From Dicyema japonicum (lineage: Eukaryota > Animalia > Dicyemida): a DNA stretch of 64,000 bases. Of the stretch, positions 35,834 through 48,734 are shown piece after piece (positions within the stretch are counted from its first letter, which is position 1; every line of letters starts with the position of its first letter). The notes below the pieces were generated by a model that had not been told where the DNA came from, made no database searches, and was given only the letters and a program-made list of their open reading frames with translations. Made by a program: the position numbers and the translations under genes. Location: assembly GCA_011109175.1 (NCBI GenBank), contig RDEW01000035.1, positions 1 to 64,000 on the forward strand, in the 5' to 3' direction.

Positions 35834-37664
35834 ATGTTCGTTTTATTCGTCATCTTTTTTGCACGTGTATCCCATTATTGGAAGAGGTACGAAAACTACA
35901 AGAAGGCTGTTGAAAACATAAAAAGATACATTCCGACTTTAGAGAAGGCCGAGTGGGCTGAGTACAGAGACAACTGCACCAGGAAATGCTACAAGCAGTT
36001 TTACGAAAGGAACTACACTCAGACTAGAGTTTGTAGAAAGTGTGTAACATATCGTCACCGCTTGTGGAAGAAGTACAGAATGTCAAGGATTTGTCCCCAG
36101 GTCCCTGACAAGTTTATCTCCATAGTAACCCCTAGAATGTGTCCAAAAGCTGATAATATAACGAGGATCATCCAAGGCATGTGTTCTGTAGTCAACTGCA
36201 AGTACGATTTGAAAAAAAATAATTTTTACACCGGACTGTGGTCAGAATGGATCCTTTCAAGAGAGGCTAACAAAACGTTTAAAATGAGATACTGTGAGCC
36301 TTCAAGCAGGACTCAGGACGTAGTAAATGCCATTGGACTGCGAGAATCCCTGATTATTCAGGATCCAACAGGAAAACTGACCCATAATCCTACAATCAAC
36401 GATTATTACGTATTTAAAGGTTTTATTGAAGTGTGATAACTCCAACAAAACATTTGAAAAAGAAATGTCCACCAAGGCGTCAATTATCCGTATTGGAGTG
36501 AATGGAGCAGTCCTATGTGCTCCATGAAGTGCGAGTCCTCATCATATCAGGTGAAGATAAGAACTTGTGTGGGCGAAAATGGCAGCCATACTTGTTTGAT
36601 GAGCGAAAGAGTGTTTAACAGAATGCACGTGGAGAAACGTCGATGTGTGGTAGAGATCTCTGAGACTAAATGTCACAAGAAGGTGATCTTGTTGATAAAA
36701 TTGTAGCTCTGGGTACCTCGGGGTCCGTTTTATGGCTTTATCGATCAAAAATCCTACGATGCGAATTACGGGTGGCTGTATAGTCAGACAAATAGTCATC
36801 AAGTGGAAGAGGAGACCAAAGCGATCCTTTCATTTAAGGTTTGTCTTAGAAAACAACTTAGAACGAAGCTTGGATTCGAATGAAAATGGATTTCGAAGAT
36901 CTCGAATTGGTCTGGTTTAAAAATCTAGAGCCTATATTGCTATCTGGACGGCTTCATCTAGAGAACGAACAGCTAATTATAGAAGATTCTCAAATCACAG
37001 ATTCCGGGACTTATATTTTATACGTAAAATGGTAATCAACCACGTGTAGGCCATAAAGCACAACAAAGTCAAATTGACCAGAAAAATGATCCCTCTTGAG
37101 GTCCACTCACTCGTCGTGACGGGAAATGGCGTCATCAGGGCTTATTTGGATGAGTCATTTACGATTGACTGCGAATCGAGCATATTTGGTGTCCTTTTTT
37201 CTGGTACGGTCCTTGTTGTGAGGCATCATGATAAAGTCATCAAGGTAGCTACTCAAATTTAGTTTGAAGGGCTACGACAATACAGATTCCGCTTTAGACT
37301 ACACACGTGACTATAATTCTGCTACCTATGACTTGGCTGGACGGTGGAGCTGTGTAGTCTTGGACCGGGATACCAACAGAGTTTGGACGACAAAAAACTT
37401 CACATTGATCGTGGAGAAGAGATCCTTCTTCAGTGTACTGAACACCATTTGGTTGTGTCCCATCATTGTGGGGACTCTTATTGGGGTAGTAACAATCCTC
37501 TCCGTCAATCTTGTTATGAGGTTGTTTAAAAATATAATTTTAGTGAACATCAGATTGCCATACAAAAATTTGACGATTTTCTTAGAAAATTGGCTGTCAG
37601 ATTGGCAACATCGTTTTTATTCTTTAAAAGCTTAATAACTACACGTGGGATGAAAAGGTACTAA
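35834..37664 (+). CDS. Type I membrane protein: TSP1-like repeats, two Ig-like domains, TM helix, short tail
   Basis: Hydrophobic N-terminus. TSP1-like segments WAEY..NCTRKC..QTRVC, GLWSEW..MRYC and YWSEWSSPMCSMKC..KIRTC. Ig motifs WFKN..QLIIEDSQITDSGTY and FTIDC..AGRWSCVV. TM segment IWLCPIIVGTLIGVVTILSV. Exon boundaries are partly inferred. Confidence 0.72.
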
Positions 37665-38754
37665 ATGTTTCATCAGTTTGAAATTTTGTAAATATGAATG
37701 ACTTTAATATTTTGAAATTTTAAATTCAACTGCTTTATTTTTTTACTGCTTTATTTATTTAAAAAATTTTGGTTTACCGCATTGGTGGAGATCACTCTCG
37801 AGAGGGAAACAAGCACAACTACATTCTGTGCACTTCCTCATTAGAGACGAGCCGGGCTCTTGGCCTCCACCATCGGGCCAATTATCTTTGATTCTACAAG
37901 AAGCTATTTCCGGTTAACATCAAAGACTTGTGGTAGCTTCTAGAGAAGACCAACCTCCTACAAAGTAGGAAGCCGGGACTAATAACAAACTACCATGTTG
38001 CTAGCAGGAAAGTAACTACCAAAGGCAGATGCTATTAGAGATCAGCTAGGTGTATCTGGAGTAACACAGAACTCGAAGATGGACCAGAACAAGAGAAAAG
38101 GTGTCCCTTTTTTACGGTCGCATATGATGTAGAAAGGTGATAGTTAAACCGTTTTAATTGCTTTTTATAAGCAAACTGTCAATTTATAAAGAAAAAATAG
38201 ATAATTTAAAAATTATCAGTTAGGCTTTAAATGGTAGAATTGGAAAAGCTGATTTTTCTAGAAAGATAATTGGAGTATATCGGAAATAGCGTTCATTATT
38301 TTGATGAAATTTAATGATTTTAATTAGTCTCCGCGTCATTTACAAAAACGCATCATTCAGACAAAAACTTGTCGGGAATAGGAAATTTTAGGTTTCATTA
38401 ATATTCGGTTGCAGACATCTTAGAAGTTCGTATTATAGTGAAAAGTTTTCCATGGAAACCCAGTAGTGCATCATTCTGAAACGCGATTGAGTTCCGCTTC
38501 CTAAGAAAAGTGGAAAAGTAAAAAAGATGGACCCTCTTCCATTTTCAGCACACGTCCTATTGTCGCGGACATCACTTCATTTTTAGGAGGAAAAGTTTTA
38601 ATAATTTAATCTTGACCAGTTGACTTGATCAAGAAAAAAAAATAAATGGCCATTTTCCGTTAGTATCTGCGGGGAGTCGAGTAATTTTTTAATTTCTTTA
38701 CTTATCTTAAAAATCGTAATTTCATACAATCATTACAAAAAACATAATATTTCA

Positions 38755-39060
38755 TCTGCAATTATTATTGTTAAAGCAACACATGTAAACCATAATAGCT
38801 ATAGTTTTAGACGTGGCGTTTGAAACAATCAAACTAACTAAGCAATCCACGTTCCACAGTTGTATGCAACTTTTCTCAAGTCCTTCATATATTCTCAGCA
38901 TCTTATTTTTTAACGTACTTGAGATCAGCATCAAGTATCCCAAGAAATGTGACTCGTGGGTCTCAACGAAGTACTGTTCAATCGCGATGTCAGTGGGTGT
39001 ATCCATTTCCAATCTCAATATATGTTCGAAGAGCCCCATCTTAAATAATGACCTCGAAAC
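38755..39060 (-). mobile_element. Degenerate RTE 3' fragment
   Basis: LFEHILRLEMDTPTDIAIEQYF resembles FGHVLRM..P.N.AME.Y. AAT-repeat tail. Confidence 0.6.
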
Positions 39061-39917
39061 TTAAAGGACAACACTATATAAAACATTCTTTTATATTCCA
39101 CGGCACATCATATTTGTGGGATTGTCTATCTTTGTATTTTACGTTTTTGTTAGCCATCGGTTTTCTTCACTTGAGGGACCGGAGCTAAGTAAATCTTCAT
39201 TTTACCGCTATTTGGTGATTATGTAAACTCTGGAAATTATGAATGTTCCATACATTGCAGTAGAATTGTTATAATTTACTTCATCAGACTATTCAAAATC
39301 AATTAAGCTTTTCCATTCTGATCATCGAGCAATGGTTAAATGAAGGACACAGAAATAGTCGGATGCACAACATCGAATCCTGGAGAAACTGATTCTTTGA
39401 AGTTCGTCTGATCAATTTTTGCTAAAGAAGATGATTAGTGGATAATTTTTGAATCTTCTTTAATCGTAAAAAGAGGTTGAATAAAAGAGTCGAATTTTAA
39501 ATTGGCGAGTTTCTTTATTTGAACTAGTGGAAGATCAACACGATCAACTGCATATATTTTAAAACGATATTTAGATACAGAGAATGAAGGATACAGGGAA
39601 TGAAGGATACAGAGAATTATTATTAACCCCGGTTACAGAGAATGAAGTGACAGTAAACAAATAATTAAGTGTACCAACCTAACAAAAGTCTATCCAGAAC
39701 CTGCATAAAAGGTAAAAGACGTCCATTCCTTCTAGTTGGAACTGGGATCACAGGACTCCATTAACAAGTGAAGAGGAGGAACAGAAGAAACAAACAGAAA
39801 TCTTCAATCAAACAACCACATGGCGCCACATTAACGTTTACACAACGTGATTGAACAAATAATCATCTAATTAGTAGATTTAACATTTCTTTCTTGATGG
39901 TCTTGGGGTTTCAGTAA

Positions 39918-40582
39918 CAGTGTAACCCCGGTTTGGGACACTTTGTGCCCCGAAAACAGGGTTATTGTTTTTTCCATTCTAAAATCTTTTATTTTAAACC
40001 ATATAAATGTAAAAAAGGTAAGAGATTTTATTTTATGATTAATAATATCTATCAAGTCGCTCTTTAATCGGTTATTTTTCCTCCAATTTTGTAACCATTT
40101 AGGATGTTTCTCATTACTGTCATTCGGAATTCGTAGAATTTATTAATGACTTTGGTGTTATGCAGGAAATGTTCTGTTTTAGAGTATTCAAAGTTTCCAG
40201 AATTTGTTTCTCTGTCACGTCATCGTTTTCAGCTATATCTCCATTATAGATAAAAATGTCACATTCAATAGTTTCTTCATCATCAGCCTCGGTTAATATT
40301 TCATTTACAGCTTCGGTCATTATTTCATCAGTTAGGCGATCATCAATATTTGAGACATCACGATTTTTTTCAAATTGTTTCCAACAATCTGTGATTGAAA
40401 TTTCTGTTACTTCATTTCAACTTTTTGAAACCAGCATTGTACCTGACGAAAGAGCCCCCGGTTTGGGGCTCCGAAAATTTCCAAATTTGGAAATTAATAC
40501 TGGAAAATAGACTCCAATTGAAAAATCCCCCGAAATGAGGGGGTGCCCCATCCGGGGTGTGCCCCGAAACGGGGTCGGACTG
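39918..40582 (-). mobile_element. Internally deleted pogo/Tigger-like element
   Basis: Imperfect TIRs cagtgtaaccccggtttgggacac and cagtccgaccccgtttcggggcac (reverse complement), with TA at the right end. VTEISITDCWK motif followed by an acidic tail. Confidence 0.6.
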
Positions 40583-40589
40583 TAATAAT

Positions 40590-41590
40590 AATGATTGTCA
40601 ACATACATTGAATCATATTAACTAACATTCCTACATATGCGGCTTCTGAAATATGATCCCCAAGTTCTTTCAATTTTAGGGCGAACAAGATTTGCATTCA
40701 TATTCTCTTGCACCCGAAACTTACTTTGTTAGAATTTCAGATTTCCGTCATCTCGTCCATGTGGAAGAGTAGGAAGACAAGAGTTTTCATCCATCATGTA
40801 CCGAAGAACGTGTAGTAGAAATACCATTTCCTAAAAATGACCAGTAGTTGCATTGTTTCCAACCAATCTCGTCAAGAATATATTCAATATTTCTTCATTA
40901 GATGACCTCAGCTTTCCTTAGATGGTCTTCAAGGTCCGTGTTAATAAAAGGGAAGTTCACGCCATCTTTGATAGTGAGATGTAAGTTCCATGAAGGTGAA
41001 GTTTGTGTCGAAAAAAGTAAGATTGTTGGAAAAAACAATACGGAGTCATTTTTTTGTAGTTGAGTTGAGCTTTTCTTGTGGGATAGCGGGAAAACGAAAA
41101 TTGCGTCTCAGCATTGGAGATAGATATTCCTTGGGGAAAATCAGATATCGTTGATACCACTTGAGAAAAGTCGTCATTCCAGCAAGTCATATGACCCCAA
41201 TTTAGTAGGATTTGACTCTAGTCCGAGGTGCTGGGAGAGTGAGCCTTACGGTTCTTTAATCTCTGGAGTTGTTATCCTCTAGAAACCAGACGTTAAGCGA
41301 TGCCCTGATTGTAAAAGTGGTGAAGTCTATCCTCAAGACAAATAATAGTGTTCAGATGGGGTCTCCTTGCTTCTTCAGGTTGAAAAATTGAAGAGCTTTG
41401 GAGGAAAATTATCCTTTCCAAAGCCCAGAGCATATATATCCAACCTTTCCTCGTATCTAAACTTTGTATACGTCTACAGCCATCATCATTTGGTCTATCC
41501 AGATAAGTGAATAAGAAGTCATATCCATTTTTAGATGGAGACATTTAGTGCATTAAAGCTATGTGACTGCCTCAACCCTGTGACCAATTA
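40590..41590 (-). mobile_element. Possible decayed Ty1/copia-like gag region
   Basis: KLKELGDHISEAAYVGMLVN resembles copia gag. The region is heavily degraded and no pol was seen. Confidence 0.3.
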
Positions 41591-41659
41591 GCCTTTTAGG
41601 TACTTATAATAACATGAATAATGCAAAAATTCTTGAAATTAAAATGGGCATTGATAGTT

Positions 41660-41945
41660 CTTTATTTATTTTATTTAATTTATGGAACCAAAACCACCGT
41701 CATATCCAAAATAACCAAATTTCAGGTGATCCCATCCTCCCTCAACAGTCTCCGCATCTTTTCTCAGTGTTCCGACTGCGTTCCTGCGCATTCTTCTGAC
41801 ATGACGAGTCTCCACCGGAAAAGTTCCCGGATGTGTAGGAAGAGCCGTCCAGGGGGAACTCCTCTGGATGGTCGTTGACAAATGGTTCTTTTTGATACAC
41901 TTTGTCTTATATCTGACGCCACCATACAAGGCGAACCACATGAAG
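41660..41945 (-). mobile_element. I-clade LINE 3' fragment
   Basis: ..ECAGTQSEH.EKMRRLLREDGIT* followed by an (AAAT)n tail. Confidence 0.65.
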
Positions 41946-42573
41946 TAGTACGCTAATTAAGTGAATTAGGAACATACGAACAAAACAGAAACTTTAATCA
42001 ATTAACCACGAAGCACCATATGGCGCCACTTGGCACATATTGTAATTTTTCGGCACACATTATAGTTCTTTGATAGGACGATAACACATTCAGTGCATAA
42101 AGGGACATCACTGCCACAACACTGAGGGATAAAACAGGAATATCAATGTCTTCGAAGACGGATATAGTCAAGATCAAGCAAGGAACCATTCAGTAACGAA
42201 AATTGGAGGGTGATCATGAAACTTTAAATTATTTTCTCGTTTCGTTTTAAATTTATTATTGAACAAGGAAGATGTTAGTGTCTTTCTTTTAATTAATAGG
42301 CTACGTTATACATAATTTTGAATACGAGACAATAATGAATGTTCTAATACATAATTTGAATTGCATCCAATAACTTATGCTCATAATAGAAATAGTCATT
42401 TCGGAATCAACAAGTTAATCAAAGAGTGTCACACTCATATTTTGTCATCAAAAAAATGTTATTGAAGCCGTTGTAAAAGATTGTTCAGTATGCAGGTTTT
42501 CCATTCCTCTTAAAATCTGAAATTAATATAGTTCATAGATTTCTGACTTTAAATGTCATGTGATTGCTTCTAG

Positions 42574-42860
42574 TTTTTTTACAGCCTTTTCACGAGCTCC
42601 GCATAGGCAGGACACACACTTTATTTAAGTAAAGAACAATTAATTTTAACTAATCGTAGAACCTTCTTTTTTTCTTTTTCTTGTGTGTGAGTCCTTTCTA
42701 GACTATCCAGTTCCGCAGTGAATATCCACTGATGACGGCGTCACTCGTCAAGACCTTTTAGCATCGTAGATGCGTGGAACCTTCCACCAGGTAAACAGCA
42801 GCGAGAATCGAACCCGTAACCTACGCCACTTTAGCCCAACACCTAACCACTATGCTGTCC
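42574..42860 (-). mobile_element. tRNA-derived SINE
   Basis: The minus strand begins GGACAGCATAGTGGTTAGG...GGGTTCGATTCTCG (Pol III A and B boxes). The body is shared with two other copies and ends gctcgtgaaaaggctgtaaaaaaa. Confidence 0.8.
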
Positions 42861-42911
42861 AAATTAAAAATGCCAAGCAGAATTGATGTCAAAAATTTGA
42901 GTACTTCAAAT

Positions 42912-45882
42912 TATTTATTATTATTTAAGCACTTCACGAGAGCCATATTAATTATAGCCCCGCATGTGCAGCAAAAGAAACAAGGTTAGATGTCATCCTT
43001 TTCCATGCTCCCCTGTTCCTAGCCAAGGCTCTCATGCTGTCCAGGTCGTCGGCATTTATTAGATTTTTTTTGATCTTGACCAGGTCTTTTTGTAAGACTA
43101 TTGGCAGTGTTGTTCTTGGTCTTCCACGATAGCGGCCTTCTTGACTAACATAGTATGTTTCCATAGATATGTTCGGTGGGGATGTTAATTCCATCCTCAG
43201 CACGTGTCCGAAGAACTTCCATCGGGGTTCCACTACTTCTAAGCTGATAGGTTTAGCGCTGCATCTCTTATATAAAGCGTTCCTCGATATTCTCGTAGGC
43301 CAAGTAGTTCCTGTTATTTTTCTTAGTTGACCTCTGTGGAACGAGTCTAGTTTTTCCATATCCGCTGATGAGGTCGCCCAAGTTCCAGCTTTATATAAAA
43401 GTACGAGTTTTATGAATGAGTTGTATAATAGGATTCTCATTTTCGTGTTGATGCCTTTTTGATTGAGCCATAAATTATTTAGTTTATATAACGCAGCATT
43501 GGCTAGAGTTTTCCTGCGTAAAATATCTTCGCTATCTCCCAAGAGTGAACCGAGTTTCTTTACTTGTCGCCATTTTTCTTCTAGGACGTTACTCATCCTT
43601 CTTATCTCAGTGAGTTCTGTTTTCTCTCTGTTCACAGTAAGAAATCATTTCCCTAGTACATCTGGTGCTTTTTCTAATAGGTTTTCCAGGACCTCTTTGT
43701 CTTCAGAAATTAGGTCTACATCGTCCGCGTAGATTACTTCTTCCGTCTTTCCTTGGTATGACGGTCTAAGTTCCCTCTTAGCGGCTTCCAAATGAATTGT
43801 GAATAGTAAAGGAGAAAGAGAGTCTCCTTGTGGAGTGCCCGTATTTGTTTCAAATTTTCTTGAATAAGTTTTTCCGACTCTCACAAGGAGCTCAGTGTTA
43901 GAAAGTAGAATTCGGATCATCCTTAGACTCGATTCATCAAGAAATCCGCTCAGTATCCCCATTAATTTGTTCTTGTTAACCGTATCAAAAGCTCTTTATA
44001 GGTCAATTCCCAAAATATTGGTGGCGTTACGGTATCTTTGATATGTTGCACACCTCCATCTGTGACTCAATACCGCATCAGCTGTGGATTTCCCTTCTCG
44101 AAAACCACTTTGACTATCTGGTAGGTATTTGTAAGCAGATCCTTTTATTCGTTCAAGCACAATGTTTGCCAAGACTTTGCGTAATGAATTTAGTAGTATG
44201 ATGGGTCGCAAATTTTCGATCGGTCCTCTGTTTTTGTTGGTTTTTTGTATGGGGATTAATAGTCGCGTACCAAGAGGTAGAGTTGAGTTAGTTGAAAACA
44301 TTTCATTTAGTAGTGTAGCGATTTTTTCAAAAAGGAGGTCAGGGCCGTTTTGATTTCCTCGGCCGTGATTGGTATCTCAAGGGGTCTTGGCCTTCCATCA
44401 AATGAGTGGATTTCTATGGTTTTGATGTTGAAAAGCTTCTCAAAGTGAGCCGCGATGGCTTCAGTTTGTTCTTTGGTGTTCAGTATTAGCTTACCGTTCT
44501 CGTCTTTTATGGTTAGTCGACTTCGGTTTGTTCGTTGCTGCAAACGGGCAGCGACGTACACCTGTGCGTTGTCTTTCACTTTGTTTACTTCTTCTATACA
44601 GGAGCTATTTCTTCTATGAAAAGCTTCTTGTTCAGACCTTTTATTTTTCTTCTGACACGTTGTCTTTCGCCTTGAAGGGCTTTTATCGCATTAGTGTCAG
44701 TGGCATTTGATTTTCTCATATTTATTTCTTTTAGACTTTTCGCAAGCTCAGGAACATCTGGATGAATAGCCTTCAGGTGCATTTTACTATTCTCCCTTTT
44801 GCCAAGACATGCTTCAGCAGCTTCGTTGATGGTGTCCTTTGTGCGTTTCCAGGCGTCTTCTAGCGTGATATCCACCAATACGTCCTGCAAATTAGTCTGA
44901 ATGTATTGTTGATATCTCTCAGTAGTCTCCGGTTGAGAAATCAGCCTTTCAGTCGCGTAGTCGCCTCTGATTTTCTCAAATTCGTGATTTTTTGCATTCT
45001 TGTATTTAATGGCATGTTTTTTCAGGGTGAAGGTCGCAATGACCATCTTGTGGTCGCTGACAGTCGTCGAGCCTTCATATGAACGTGCGTTTACTAGAAG
45101 GTGTTTGTCTTTAGCCCGGCATATGACATAATCGATTTGGTTGTATATTGGGACCAGCTTTCCTTCTGAGTTCCTTCGCTTCCCCATCCACGTAGTTTTG
45201 TGGCAGGCAGGATGCGTAAATGCAGTATTGCATAGGAAAAGGTTGTTTGCCATACAAAAGTGACCAAGTATTGTCCCGGGTAAATTTCTTATTCCACGTC
45301 CATGTTCTACAAGAAAACATCATCCGGGTTATTCTTCATCCCGACTTTTGCATTCAATTCCCAGCAATGAGTATTAGTGATGACGACTCATATTCGTTGT
45401 ACGTCCGTAACAGTGTTAAATAGAAGTCGTCTAGTTCTGTCGGATCTTTCGCTACTCTCCCGCAGTGTGGCGCATAAACATTTACAAATGTCAGAAAGAA
45501 GGAGGTAAGTCGTTTAGCCGGATTTGTATAACACAGATCCTGTCATTCACACTCCATATACGGTGGACTGCACTTGTCAACTTTGAGTGGATGGCAAATC
45601 CAAGTCCATAATGTTTTGAGTCGCTCGAATGACATATAATTCGATATTCGACAATGTTCTCATCAAGGCTACAAGTAACTTTCGTCTCTTGTAGGCACCC
45701 AATAGATACGTCGTATCTCTCCAGGTCATCACAGAGAATCTTCCTCGACCATGTCGTAGATAAGCCTCTAGCATTGAACGTAAGGACTTTTAGACGAGAT
45801 GCATCGCTTTGTATCCATTGCCTTTTAGACATTTTTCTCAATTGCGATCCAATCAAGAAACGAGGCACGTCACCACCTCACC
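42912..45882 (-). mobile_element. RTE-clade LINE, full length, copy B (frameshifted)
   Basis: APE and RT motifs as in copy A, with the same C-terminus AHAGL*. 12-bp TSD agtacttcaaat at 42900-42911 and 45889-45900. Confidence 0.92.
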
Positions 45883-46099
45883 AAAAAAAGTACTTCAAAT
45901 GAGTACTAAAATGGATTTTAACTGTAATTGATATCTACGTAAATATGCCACATGACTTTAAAGTAGGAGAAAAAGTATTTTTATAATTAATTTTTTGGTT
46001 CCCGTGGTAAAGGATTATGGAATCCGTCATTAAGACTTAATCGTTTTGAGATGCCTTATGAACCAACTGAAATTACTAATATTTTAACATCGCCTAGAG

Positions 46100-47388
46100 C
46101 AGTATTTCTTAACCTTTTTTGACCGGGGATTACTTTAGTTCGGTTGAATTTTTATGAGGACCATATGTAACAAAACAATTTAATAAAAAAACTAACAAAA
46201 TTAAAAAATCATAATATTTAGAGTTAGTGTGATTTTTATCCTGATTTCAGAAACTAGCTGTTCAATTTTTGGTATGCCATTCTCATATCGTCTTCCAGCT
46301 TAAGTCGGTTGCGAACTTTACTTTTCAGAATAACAAGACAAGACATTGCCATTCCACATAAATAAGTGGTTGGAAAGGGAATTATCACTTCGAGTGCATT
46401 TTTACATAAGATTGGATATTCATTAATAACAGAAATCCAGAATTCCATAATCGAAAGCGAATTAAATGTCGACTTGCAAAACTGCGAATTTCGCAATTCA
46501 ATTAACTGTTCTTGGAAATCAATTTCTTCAATTTCTTGGACGTCGTAAATTAATTTATTGGTTTCCGGAATAAAAGGTTGTATTATCCAAGTCGCAATTG
46601 GTTCAGTAACTGGGAAATATTTTCCAATTTTATTTCAAGATTTTCGAGATGATCAATAATCAAAGAAGAAAACCATTTTTCAGGCTCATTATCACAATTT
46701 TATTTTCTACCATCGGAAACATTGGAACGTTGTTATTTCGTATATCAGTTGAGGAAGCCTGCTGCGTGGATTGCGAACGAATTCCCTCGGAGTATGGCTA
46801 TTCCAATCTTTTGTCTTAGCCATAACCCTTCTCGTTGATCCCTTTTCTTTCTGGCAAGCAATCCTCCGAGTTCTCGCAAGAACTCAGCCGTCATTGGACC
46901 AACGGCTCTCGATGATTCGGTCGCAACAGGAGTAAATCGGTAGCGATCCCCGAGGCAAGAATATTTCTTTATTTTAAATTTTCCGCAGTCGAAGCAGCTG
47001 CTCCAGGTGTCTGAACCGATTTGAAAATATTCGTGCTTGAAAACGTGTCTACACAAGTTGCGTCCCAGACCAAAGATCTTCCAGACGTGAAGGGGAAAAG
47101 GGTCATCCCGTCAGGTCTCTTCCCATCTCCTTGATCAAGACCCACTGGTTCAAGCTGTGCTGGGAAGCCTGTAGCCTTCAGAGCTTTGACGATCACATCG
47201 TTCAGAGCAGCATGACGTGGTCCCCTTCCGGCGCTTCTTCTGCAGGACAGCGGTGCAATCCTTTCGCATCGACTGTTTTCCCGCATCGGCATCGGTGCTC
47301 CTGGCAATAATAAAAATTAAATAATTTTTTTAGTCATAAAAATTAATTGACCTAAAAATATTTCTGGGGACCACGTTAAGAAACACTG
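46100..47388 (-). mobile_element. Internally deleted hAT (Buster/ZBED5-like) transposon
   Basis: TIRs CAGTATTTCTTAAC and GTTAAGAAACACTG. 8-bp TSD gcctagag (46092-46099) and gcctagaa (47389-47396). Dimerisation domain FW..EYPILCKNALEVIIPFPTTYLC..KSKVRNRL. Confidence 0.9.
46745..47305 (-). mobile_element. CRE-like retroelement 3' fragment lying inside the hAT element
   Basis: RHAALNDVI, KRPDGMTLFPF..GRSLVWDATCVDT and LRQKIGIAILRGN. Confidence 0.85.
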
Positions 47389-47672
47389 GCCTAGAAATAG
47401 ATATTAATAATTTATATACTCAGATTAAAAAGCTAGAAAATCAAAAATAATTGAAATGTGTCGTGCAAGAAAACTTAATTAAATATAATAAAGTGATTGT
47501 TAAATTATCATTGATTTACAATAAATATCATAACTAATGAGAGGCAAAATAATTTAATGACATGTGATGGTAACTAGTCCACCATGTCATATATTTGAGC
47601 AACCATCTGATCGAAATAACAAAAATAAATAAATAGCTTTCAATTAAATAAAGTTTTAATGAAAACATAAAA

Positions 47673-48672
47673 TTAATTCTTTTTAGAAATTCCAGTAAAC
47701 TTCTTGACACTTTGATTCCTAATAAACGGCCTTCTGAAATTCCATGCCAGTATTAAGAACGTGCAAATAGCCAAAGCAAACCTTCAGTAAACCAAACACT
47801 AAGTAACCAAGTAATAGCATAATTCAAATGCTCATTTCGTAAGTAAAATATCGTCTGTCCTCCAATGGGCTCATTAAAGGAATCAGAAGCTAAGAATTAA
47901 AAAAAAAGACCTTCAATATCTAAAAGAATAGGGAGTGTTCCGAGATGCCTCGAAAGTAATTCAGTGTCTTTGAAGGCAAGAAAACTTTCGCAGGTTTGGC
48001 CTGAAAATTTTGGAGACTAAATCGACTAATAAATTTAAACTTTTTCACAACTTCTGAGTCTGGCATAAATTGTGCATTCTTCATCAATCTTAAATAATAA
48101 AATTTTGCACTTTTTCGTAAGAATTTTTCTTTAACGAAGTGTCAGAAATCCAACCACGGTTTATTAAAATTATTTTACTAAAATATTGTATGACAATTAA
48201 ATTTAATTTAAAAATTAGTGCTTATATATAATAAAATATTAATCATACTTTGATTCATCGTGGAGCTGAAATGGAGTAATCAAAAGTGAACCAACGGGAG
48301 CATATCCAGCCTGGTAATTATTTTGAATAATTAAATGACTTGCTTATATAATAATTCAAAAACCGAGGTTGAATTTTGAACTCTTTTTCATTAATAAATT
48401 TTCCTTTAATCTTGTATAGTGTGTATTCAAGCTCGGAAATATCACCAATTCTGAAATTATTAGGCAAACATAACGGTAGGTGAAAGGCTACTGCTGGCTG
48501 AGTTATTTTTTCTTCTAATTTGTCCATCAATCCCAACTTCCACTTTAATCGTTTGAGTTGCCAAAAACCCAGTTTTGCAAAAAAAACAGGAGGTAACTAA
48601 ATTTTATTTATAATTTACCACTAAGATTACATTTTTCCAATTTAGTAAATGATAACGACCAACAAAAGTCAT
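47673..48672 (-). CDS. SURF1: Surfeit locus protein 1 (cytochrome c oxidase assembly factor), multi-exon
   Basis: LGFWQLKRLKWK, ELEY, LLITPF, LINRGW and PIGGQT..LRNEHLNYAITW|FAL, with micro-introns. Confidence 0.92.
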
Positions 48673-48734
48673 TTGAAATTAATTTTTGAATTTTAGTTTT
48701 CTGTATTTTTTATTTTTATTTAATAAAATTTTAT

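Noticed and set aside
37780-38620. Possible LTR gag/pol remnant
   Set aside because: Composition looks coding-like, but I found no motif to support a call.
39576-39650. 16-bp unit atacagagaatgaagg repeated 3-4 times
   Set aside because: A short local slippage repeat with no associated structure.
42795-42860. tRNA gene
   Set aside because: A and B boxes are present, but I could not build a convincing acceptor stem and it continues into a multi-copy repeat body. Treated as a SINE head.
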